Shown piece by piece: positions 40,873-51,553 of a stretch of 64,000 bases of DNA. The position numbers and the translations under genes are program-made. The stretch is from Trichosphaerium sp. ATCC 40318 (taxonomy: Eukaryota > Protista > Tubulinea). The DNA is taken from NCBI GenBank assembly GCA_038496445.1, contig JALMLS010000342.1:248001-312000 (forward strand), in the 5' to 3' direction. The notes beneath the pieces are model-generated. The model saw only the letters and a program-made list of their open reading frames with translations, was not told the DNA's origin and did no database searches. The stretch's first letter is position 1; every line of letters starts with the position of its first letter.

Positions 40873-42005
40873 ATGAAGGGCGTAGTGCGATTGTTTAAAG
40901 AGGGTAAGACAGGTGACAAGTTTCACAGTGTGAGTGTTAAACTGTAAATAAAACGGTCATATTAACATAGCTTTTAGGCACTCTCACAGGTACAAAATTA
41001 AATTCCACTGAACGATTGGTTTTTTTTCCTTCTTTCCGCGTTTTATTGGTACATCTAGGCAAACTACACCGTACAATACTCTCCAGTGCTGTCCTTCGCG
41101 TACATAAATGCAGAGGCGCTCAAAAATGCTTTAGAGCACGCAAATGCGTACTCAGGCATGGTAGTAACAAGTTCGCGAGCTTTCACGGCATTGCGTAATT
41201 TATTTCCTGATGAGGCTACTTTACAACATTTGTGCAGCCCATGGCTTACTAAACCTCTGTTTGTAGTTGTGCGCAACCACAGCTATTTTATTTTTTTGTA
41301 TTGTTTTTTTTTAATCACGTGACTTCAGGGAAAATCAACACTATCCAAGGCTCCTGTAAAATTTAAAAATATTACTCAAGGCCCAGCGGGATCAATAGAG
41401 CTTTCAAAATTAATTGTTGCAAAAGTGAAATGCAAAGAAGAGGTACAAATAAACCTTTACACTCATGTAGAAACCGTTAAGTATATTGTTTTGTATGCAG
41501 GAAACTAATTATGTCAACAGTCTCTACCATTACTTTATCTATGCAGTAGTATACGTCGCAACGAACTACCAGATGCCCTTGCTTTAGAGGGGATTAAACT
41601 CGCAGAACTTGTTGTATACGAGACTGTAGGAATAGATATCAACTTGGAAGACCAAAGGTAAAGAGTAAAATTCTCATTTTTTTTGTAATTTATTCTCGTT
41701 TGTTGCAATTTGACACTTTTGCTTATCCACATTAGTGACAAGCCTTGTTGGGTAGTTTTCTTTTCCCCGAGTGGTGTAAAGGCGGTACTAAGCAAGTATC
41801 CTCCATCATCCAAAATGTGGACTGACATTAAATTTGTGCGTTTCATCCTTTTTTTTTTGTTCTGTTTTTGCACTAGCATCTGATTAGATGTTAGGCCTCC
41901 ATTGGTAAAACTACAAATGCTTCCTTGATTTCATATGGTATCATTGATTCCACTGTCGCAACATCGCCCACACCAAAAGGTCTGATAGAAGTAATTGATA
42001 AGTAA
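40873..42005 (+). CDS. UROS: Uroporphyrinogen-III synthase
   Basis: PVLSFAYIN, YSGMVVTSSRA, LFVVGKST, RRNELPDAL...LVVYET, VFFSPSGV, IGKTT and ATSPTPKGL match HemD/UROS motifs. Confidence 0.88.
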
Positions 42006-42050
42006 AGTAACGCTTCTTTCTTGCGATATTCGGTTTAGTTTCCCTTGGAC

Positions 42051-43506
42051 TTATGCAATGGCTTTCTTAATGGCGAGTAGTAGATCCCTTGAGAAAAATG
42101 TCACCAGAATTAAGAACAGCCAAAAGAAAAGGGGCACCTTTGCTTTACTTTCTTGTTAAGTACTCGAAACTTAGACCAATCCCAGTCTACAGTTGGATAC
42201 ATTGAACTAAGTACATACGGAAAGTATGCTAGCAAGCCGCTTCCACCTTTGTGGACAATCTGAGGGACAGAAATGCGGTACCTAAGTCTCCACGGTTAAC
42301 ATCAATAACCAAAGCAATAATCAGCAAAACAAAAAAAAAAAAAAAAAAAAAAAGAAAAGAGAAGTAGGTTACCAGTTGTAACAATGGTCTATATGTAACG
42401 TGGTTGTTAGCTGCTCCATAAATTTTATTCTGTTCGATTCATTGCGCCAATAGTTTCTTGAAGCGAATCTATTCAACTCCCAAGTGTAATCTGGATACAA
42501 TGTTGCAAGTAACTTTGCAAGTGAACTGCCATACCTTTAATATTGAGTTAGCAATGAGTTGAGGTGCTATCATAAGTAGTAGTACTTGTTGAGGATGGTT
42601 GCTCCACCGCACTTTGCAACGTCTACTTGTTGTACTGTATACCACCCAGCCATATCTTTTATCTTGAGCAACTTACCAATGTGGTTCATTTTGCGTCTCT
42701 GGTTGGCTGGATCATCCCAATGAAACATGGGCGTTCTTCTACAACAAAGGGTCACAAAAAATTGTACGAATAAAGAAAAAAAAAAAAAGAAAAAAAAGAG
42801 GTGGTTGGTTACTTGAATCTGTGACTCTGCCACGAAAACTCTGGGAATACTTGCTTCAAACACAGCGTTATGCTATCATTGTATCTAGTGAGGTCGGTTA
42901 CAGAACGTCCGAATAGTCGGTTCAGCGCTACCTTGTCTTCAATAATTTGTACATAACGCGTTGCTCATCTACCGCCATTACATCTTTGTAGTTATACAAG
43001 TACCAGTCTTGAAGCTTCTTAACACCTAATAAGCTACCAACTGCAAGTACATGCATTCGTTGAGTAACCAAATCGCCCCAGTAACTGGTAGGAGCGTTCC
43101 TACGAATAATAATGACTACAAAACGGGGACAACACCAAAAAAAAAAAAAAAAAATAAAACAAAGGGGGGGTTACCTGAAGCGGTGCAATCTCCATGTATG
43201 ACTTGGGTACAAACATTGCAACGCACGTGGAAGAGAGTTACCAAACCTAGTTTCAATTTAAAAAAAAAGATTGTCAGCTTTTGCGTCGTTTACAAAGAAC
43301 GCTTGCTATAGCGTATACACGCGTTTAGGTTCAAGCCTAGTTAATCTGTACCTGCTCAAAAGCGATGCAGCGCCTAATTCCAGCAACTCTTCCTTCGTTA
43401 TACTGTACCATTCATCTATGGTATGTACACAAAGTTTGCGCTCTGCTTGCCGAAAAAACCGCGTTTGGTTTGTTCTGAGCAGCCAGAACCCTCGGGGAAC
43501 GTTCAT
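42051..43506 (-). CDS. Trp-rich repeat protein (4 repeats) lacking the nuclease domain, paralog 4
   Basis: Four repeats, then KKVKQRDLLLAIKKAIA-stop, with no D...EYQG core. The true start may lie further upstream. Confidence 0.8.
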
Positions 43507-44259
43507 GGGCGTAGGTAGGAGTGACAGATTGACATAGTAATTTTTTTTTTTTTTGGTTTATTTTGAGATAAAGCGAGACCAAACTTCAAATTTTTTTTGT
43601 TTTTGGGTGAAAAAAGGACAAAACACCTCCTCGTCCTGTATTTTGATTTGTCCGCTCTATTGGCGAGCCTCACGCGCATAACGGAACAATGAGCAGTCGT
43701 GTACGTTATTACACCACAAATAAACCGAATTTTTTTTTGGCCCAAAACCACCGTAAAGCGGCCAGAGTAGCCACGTTTTAACGCCACGATTGTTTGTTGT
43801 TATCAGGACGCAGTTTTCAACAACATAGTTGCTTGTTTTGCGCTCGTACCCTGATATCAGGTAACAAGACGTGTTTGATACTACTGAGTATGTAATATCG
43901 AAAAATGGACAGAACTTTTTTTAATTAAACAGTTGCGCCACTTGCTGAGCTGTAATAGACCAAATAGAGAAAAAAATTACTACGCCCTAACTCCGTGTAT
44001 CTGTGGTAGTGCTGGGCGTGTCTATACGGTTGTTTTTTTTTTCTTGTTGTTGTTGCTTGCAAAAAAAAAAAAAATTGAACCTTGTATTCGCATTGCGCTG
44101 TTGCCTAGGGTTATTTGACATTCTTCTTTATTGCACCCTTTTGGTTTTGTTATTTCACCAAATCATTTTTCTTTTTCAAAACCTCACATTAACCACAAAC
44201 TAAAAACCGTTATCTTATAAAATTTTAACGTACGTGGTACGTACTAAATTCTATTATAG

Positions 44260-47200
44260 CAATCCCCGTCGTTGTACATCAACAAATTGAAGGAATCTGC
44301 AGATCTCACAGTGCTCAAACAACTTCGCAAAACGTTGGAGAATGAGAAAATAAGTTGGATAGAGCGTTTCAGGCGAAAGGGTGGCTCCAAGTGCTTGATT
44401 CTTACTTTAGAGCGTATTAAAACTTCCAAAACGCAAGGTACAAGAGAAGAACACATGCTAATACAATGCATGAAATGTTTACAACAACTCATGAGTGACA
44501 AGGAGGTATGTAAAGTTTTTCTCTAGCACGTGTAATTTTTTTTTTTTTTTGTTTGTCTACTAATCACACCCCTTAACAGGCGACCACAGACTTACTAGTT
44601 AGCGAACCAAATCTGATCAGTGAAATTGCAGAAGCAATTGATACTCCATTTGGCTCTGTAAAAGGTAAGTACAATTCTATAAAGCCAATTATCAATTTGT
44701 CACTGTTTTTTTTTTTTTTATGTTGCAATACATATTTGTTTTAACCTTCGTCTACTTTTTATTCACAAGCTTCTTTTTTAAAGCTATGGTGTATGAATTA
44801 CTTGCTGCTATTGTACTCCTTACTGAAGACGGGCATCGTAAAGTATTAAAGGCCATGGATTGGTAAATAACGACCTTTTTTTTTTTTTGCTTAACTATTC
44901 TTTTTCTTCCTATCTACCTGTTTGTTAACTAGGAGATTAGGTACCACTACAAATTTAGGGAGCGCCGTAGATTTCAAAATCTCGTTGATTGTGTGAGACT
45001 TGATAAGAGTTCAACTGTTAGAGCAACTGCGTTTTCGTTCATCAATTGTTTATTGAATACCCCAGAAGAACTGGATGCCCGTGTAGATTTGCGTCAAGAA
45101 TTTCAGTCATTGGGGCTCGACATAGCGAAATTGAAACAAACTGAATTAGACGAAAAAGTTCTAGAGCAAGTGGAAGCGTTCGATCAAGATGCACAACAAG
45201 GTGGGCATACATTTTTTTTTAACGCATCTTGTGTGCGGTAGGGTAGTAGTATCAATTGACAGAACAAACAATAAAAAAAAAAAAAAACTCGCCAAAACAA
45301 CCCAATTCGCCGGAAAACCGACTGATTAATTTTTTTCAGATGAGGAAGAGTATAAGGAACGCATGGCTGGCCGCAAGATCAATTTCCGCGCACCAAAGGA
45401 TCTCTTTATTAATTTGATTTCTCACCTAAGACCAGCGCCTCACTTGCGCCCACTGTTTCTATCTATAATGCGAGACATGAACTTGATGAAAACTGACAAA
45501 GATGGTGGTCTGAAATGCTGGTTGTTGGCTACAAAATTTATTCACAATGTTGCTGCTAATACAAAATCGTTCTCGTGGGATAATGGTGCGTGACAACAAA
45601 TTATTGTGACAACAAAAACCTGTTTTTGTTTGAACAAAAGCGAACGAAAAAAAAAAAAACCCCTATTGGCTTGACACGTGTTTCAAAATCATTCTTCGAA
45701 TCCGCTAAGTTAATGTGTTCGGTTTTTTTTCTGCTTGTGTTCTGTTTGGGGCGCTGAACTAATGCATTTTTTTTACCCCTAGACCACACTGTGGATTTTG
45801 ATGAATTAATGGAAGCCATTGACGAAGAAGAACTTGAGTTGCTTCGATCATCGCCCAAAGATGCTGCTGTGCGCTTAAGGAAAGAGCTTGAGGAATGTCA
45901 GCAAAAGCTTGATGGGTTAGATGATCTCAAGAAAGAAAACAAGGCTTTACAAGAACAAATTGTCAAACTTAAAAAGAGTGTGGCCTCTGGAGGAGGTACC
46001 CCCTTTGTTCTCATTTTCGTACCTTTTCTCATTGTCTTTTTTAACCTGACCACACCGTAGCGCCACCACCTAAATCAAAACCATTGGAAATATCTTCAGC
46101 ACCACTTCCCCCACCACCACCTCCTCCAGGCATGGCCGTTACAGGAGGACCTCCACCACCCCCACCCCCACCGGGCATGGCCGTTACAGGGGGACCACCG
46201 CCGCCTCCACCACCAGGTATGAGTGGCCCAGGAGGACCACCACCGCCACCACCACCGCCGGGTATGGGCGGGCCTCCAGGACCGCCACCACTACCTGGAA
46301 TGCCAGGGCCTCCTGGTGCGCCGCCAATGGGAAAACCAAAGCCCACCTATACGGTACGTTCTATCGCTTCTCATTATTATTATTTGCTTACGCCTCCCAT
46401 GTTTTGCACATATTGGTTCTACACTTATAGTCTTTATTATATATCTATGTAGTTATATATATGTTTATTAATACGTACCCCTATCATCGGTGACATACAT
46501 ATCGAAGTTTTGTTTTGCCCAAGCCTGGCCTCTGAACTAACCTATTTATCTAAACAAAAGGGACCCAAACCATCAGTAAAAATGCGAAATTTGAACTGGC
46601 GTAAAGTTCCTGCGCACAAATTACAGAATACAATTTTCGCGGATATGAAGTGGCAAGATTTGAAATTCAACCACGCAGATCTCGAAAAGAAATTCGCAAA
46701 AAAAATCATTATCAAGAAAAAGAAAGAAGGTACGCCGCCACCCAAAAATACTTTTTTTCTCAGTGCTTTTTTTTTGTTTTGTTTTGTTTTCCATTCCTGC
46801 ACAAATGAACTCTATTGTTAATTAATTTCTTAGCTTCAGCAGTAGCGAAAGCGAAGAAAGTGAGCCTTGTCGCTCCTAAGAGAAGTCAAAATTGTTCTAT
46901 TTTTTTGAGTCGTTTTAAGATGGACTCAAGCACTGTAATTAATGCCATCACAAACTGTGATGAGAAAGTTCTTACTTTAGAAACAGCCTTAAGTTTGCTG
47001 TTGAATATGCCAGCAAAGGAAGAGGTACCTACCATTGCTTCTGTTTTATTTATTTATTTATTTATTTTTTTACCAAACTGTGTTGTAACGCCTCCACTCC
47101 CTAGCTCCAACTCATTAATGATTACTTACAAAACAATGGCAAACCTGAGATGCTGGAAAAAGTGGAACAATTTTACATCAAATTATCTAAAATTCCAGTA

Positions 47201-49044
47201 CTTCAGCTACGCATGGATGTTATGGTGTTCAAGCTGAGGTTCCCAGAAAAAATGGGCGAGTTGAAGCCAGTGCGTTGCCCACCTTGGTTGTCTATTTTTT
47301 TTTTCTTTCAACTTTTTTTACGCCGCAATGCTGATAGCCTCCGTAGGCAGTGTTTAAAGTTGGCAAAGCTATACGTGACTTACGTCACAAAGGAAAAAAC
47401 TTTGTAAAGATAGTGGAGGTACCTACTTGGTTATTTTTCTTTTAGTATATATATAAAGTTGACCCCTTTTTGTTTCTAACAACCACTCTTAGATTATTTT
47501 AGCTGTAGGAAATTTTATAAATCACAGTACTACACGTGGTAATTGTATGGGTTTTTATTTCCCTTCTTTGCTCAAGGTACATTTTTTACTCTTTTCTTTT
47601 CTTTTCATTTATTTTTTTTTTCTTTTGGTTCTGATTTTTTTTGTAGCTTGTTGATACACGTACAACTGATAACAAGGGAAATTTATTACAATGGATAACA
47701 GAGTATATTGAATCAACAAATCCAGAAATCCTTAAATGGACGAATGAGCTGAAGAGTTTAAAACACGCCACCAGGAGTATGCACACAATTTCAGATTTGT
47801 TTTTCTTTTTAAAGAAATTTTATTACATTTAATTGCAAAGCCTCACTAACTATTTGTGCAAACAGTTAGCTGGGGCAATGTGACTGGCGATATAAACAAA
47901 ATGAAAGGACAAATGAACTTGTGCGAAAAGAAGTTGAAACAAGTTATTGAGACGAAAGGCAGACCAAAGGATAAATTTGACGAAGTTATGCCAGTACGTC
48001 GATGTCTGTGTTTGCTTTTTTTTTTCTTCATTATTGTATTTTTTGTTTTCACGATTGAGCGTATTTAACAATGTGTTAGCCATTCCTTGCTGAAGCAAGA
48101 ATGGAGTTTGAAGAACTTGAAAAGAGCTCTAAGCTTGTACAAGACCATTACAAGCGCATTGCTGAGAAATTTGGTGAGAAACCATCCACAGCACCAGAGG
48201 TGTTGTTTGGGTATGTCAATGCGTTTGCAGAGGCTTTTAAGGTACGCAACAAGCAACTATCGATAAGACAACTGTTTCTTTCAGCTGGTAAATAAACTAA
48301 TACTCTGTGTGTCAAGAAAGCACGCAAAGAAGTTAAGATACGCAAGACACGTGAAGAAAAAGAGCGCCGTAAGAAGCGGCAAGAAGAAAAGGCGGAGAGG
48401 TTGAAGCAACGTCAAAAGACCGGCAAAGACACTGAAGTCAAAAAACTGTCTGAAAAAGAGGAGCGTGAACGCCAGAGGGAGCTCAGACGTAAACGACGTC
48501 GTCAAGAAAAGAATGTGCGTAGCCAACTCTTTTATTTCAATTCAATGTTGCCAAAAAGGGGGGTTTAGTTGGAACTAACTTACATCTCGTGTAGAAAGCA
48601 GATAAACCATCGTCATCATCCTCCTCATCATCGAATGCACCTAAGAAAGAAAAGAAGGCTGTAGTAGTTGTTATTGATGATAATCCTGCTAGCGATAGTG
48701 AAAAGGAACAACCAGAGGATATCACTGATGCACTTAGCCAGCTAAGGTGCTTTAAATCTTGCCCATTGTTTTGTTTTTTTTTTTTTCCCCTTTGTTTGTT
48801 AAATTAGTAACACTTTTCGCTAATTGTTCATCTATAAGATCTGGCAATGGGTTCCGTAAAAGACGCTTGCGCAGGCAGAGTACATTACGTCAACGTATGT
48901 TTTTATTTTACCATTGCTATGTTTGTTTTTTTTTTGTCCAAATTTCAAAGGCTCTAATTACGGCTTCTAGAGCGTGAAAATCGTTTGCGTACAGCAAATG
49001 ATGTGTTTGGCGTTGATAAAGCTGGTGATGATGAAGAAGAGTAG
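44260..49044 (+). CDS. Diaphanous-related formin (GBD/FH3-FH1-FH2-DAD), copy 1; start codon not resolved
   Basis: SWIERF...GG, CMKCL and FINCLL (GBD/FH3); poly-Pro FH1 at 46100-46330; MRNLNWRK, RSQNCSIFL, ILAVGNFIN and LVDTR (FH2); DALSQLRSGNGFRKRR (DAD). Confidence 0.93.
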
Positions 49045-49338
49045 GTTATTCTTTGTTGTGTATAAAATGTTTTTTGTTGTACAAAAGTAAGTTGTAGCAT
49101 GACTCAATAAAGATAACATTTATAAGTTTTGGTGTTACAGTGGAAAGTGTGCTGCCAATGTTGACAATCCAAATTTGGTTTTGGTAAAGATGTTATACAG
49201 TAAAAGTAACTTTAATCTAAAATACAATTATAAGTATGCTAAAAGCAACAAAATGAACGTTATTGTAAACTGTTTCACATTAGTTAGTGATACATAATAA
49301 CTTAAAGAAAAAGCAAGGCTAGTAAAATATTGGACTCA

Positions 49339-49490
49339 AAACCCTAATACATATTAACCTAACCCTAATTCTACTTAGGGTTGTAACCCTATATCTAGCC
49401 CTAGCCAACATAGTGTAATCATTAGGGTTGTAAACCTAGCCCTAACCCTAACCCTAACATAGAATCTGATATTAAGCCCTAATCCTAATC
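49339..49490. repeat. Degenerate interstitial telomere-like (CCCTAA/TTAGGG) repeats in both orientations
   Basis: ccctaaccctaaccctaac at ~49440 plus scattered ccctaa/ttaggg units. Recurs at ~53515-53667 (inverted) and ~61887-62037. Confidence 0.8.
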
Positions 49491-50101
49491 TACAATATTA
49501 TCAATCAAGTAAAAAGCAAATTACATTTGATGAAGGATTTTCACAGAACAAGGAAGGCCAAAAACCTTTTGATTTTCAATGCAAGTCCAAAAAAGTGTTG
49601 CAAGTAATCAAAGCTATTTTTTTCAAATCACAAAACAATTCATAAGACATGAGTCGTAATAACTTTGGGCTTTATTCTTGTAAATTATACAACAAGATTA
49701 TTTTAGGTTTGGTATGTATTAAACTGCACCACATGATGATAATTTTAAATTATTTACAAAACTGAGGTTTAACTCCTCTGTCATGTGCCCAACACCTGGT
49801 AAAAGGCAATCACCAGCCATATAAAAAATCTAGTAAATAGATAAAACTTCTTGGCTGTAGTTTAAATGACATTGTACATTGTGAAAAAGTGTTTAAAACT
49901 CAAAATAAACAGTTTATCAGCTTGAACCAACTTATGTTTTGAATTGTTTTGATTTGGAAAAATAACTTCGATTACTTGCAACTTGCATTGAAAATTGCAA
50001 AGTTGGATTTCACTACCAAATTTATGTATTCTGTTAAAATACTTCGTTGGATGTAATTTGCTTTTTACTTATTAAGATTATATTCTATAAACCAATTAGG
50101 G
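49477..50101. mobile_element. Putative foldback/MITE-like element with long imperfect terminal inverted repeats
   Basis: AAGTAAAAAGCAAATTACAT (49507-49526) is the exact reverse complement of 50051-50070, and similarity continues about 150 bp inward. Ends are CCCTAAT / ATTAGGG. Copies at ~52909-53528 and ~62024-62647 come from the segmental repeat. Confidence 0.55.
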
Positions 50102-51553
50102 TTAAAATTACCTAAACCTCTACTTTTCCGATTTTATTAGATTTTGCTACTTTCATGGCTGTGTTGTTAGGCACAGGCATGTATTATTATGGTGTGCAGC
50201 ATTGACAATGATATTGTGCACTACATGGCCTGTGAGCGACACGCGAACTTTTTTTTGGTGTAAATTTTGAAATATTTTTACCATGCAGTTGTGTTTGGAG
50301 GCTGCATTTACAAATGTATTTTTAATTACTTTATGTATGTACATATATGTTATTAGGCCATATAAACGTGATACAAGCAATAATTGATTTGTAGGTATTT
50401 ATAGTGATGAGTTATATAGATGTAAGCGATTTTGAGTTTGTAATTGGCTTTTTTTTTTGGTAAAAAATATGTATGCACATTTCTCATATACACAAAGTTT
50501 TTAGTATATCATGTGTAGCTAAATTGTAATTTAAATTCATATTTATATACATACATGGTAACATAATGAGATATTATTTATTTTCATATCTATTCATGAC
50601 TATGAGATATAAGATAATCTTTTATTGGTAACTAAGATAATTTTTTATTCTTTTGGTAAAATAGTTTTCAAGAAACTATCTACCACAAAGATTAAGGTTG
50701 TAATAAAAACGAACCTCTAACTGAGCGAAAATATGGCCTCAAGCATTCCCCATGAAAATATAAAATATGTTTCTAGCCCTTAAATGGCCGTTGCAAGCCA
50801 AATATGGCATCAAAATTATCATAAGTATTCTCCATAATGAGATAGCGTTTTTGGCAGCATTTTTACTGCTTTTCGGCACTTTTTAGCGGCAAAATCACGT
50901 TGGCCTAAGGATTGCTTACACAATGGCATTATAATATCACCTATAACACCCCACAAAGCTTTTTTGTATGTGCTTATAATCTGACTACATGATGCAAGCA
51001 ACGATTTGGTCATAGATGGTCATGGCTTTCGGTGATTCGAATGCGCGTTCATTACTTATTTTTAAGCAACTTCTTTTTGCATGAGGGCCCCCCTTGCCAT
51101 ATTGTCTCGTGATGCGAAACCGTGTTTTTAGTCTCCAAATTGCCATAAATTATGAATATGCAATACAAACGGCTCATACTTTATACATAGTAAACCAAGA
51201 CATATTGGCATAATATATATCAGGCGCTACATATATGGTGATATACATGGCACGTAATCAAGGCAACCCTAATGGGTAGACCATAAAATGGCAAAAAATA
51301 TTTATTTACTATCACTATGCTGAATCACACTCTAGTTTTTATCATCATGTAAATATGGCTTTATAACCATGAGGTACATATATAATGTGATGTTTGGTAC
51401 AGCGGAGGGGGCTGGGGGCATTGGTGAACAGAGCAAAAAAAATGAATTTTTTACACATTTTCGGTAAAAAGTATCAATGCGGGTAGTAGCACATCTCATT
51501 CACTGAACAAAATATGTTTGGTATCTCCATGATGGCACAAACATCAATTTATT

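Larger units (their letters stand above)
42772..51164 (+). repeat. ~8.4-kb segment, direct repeat copy 1
   Basis: Near-identical to 55390..63709, with the same ORF set and only a few SNPs and indels. Confidence 0.95.

Noticed and set aside
46041-46346. Gly-rich, collagen-like minus-strand ORF (also 58505..58900)
   Set aside because: Antisense of the formin poly-proline FH1 region.
49794-49817. U5 snRNA loop-1-like GCCTTTTACCAG on the minus strand (also 53201 +)
   Set aside because: The flanks do not form the U5 stem around the loop; it pairs as a different small hairpin inside the foldback element.
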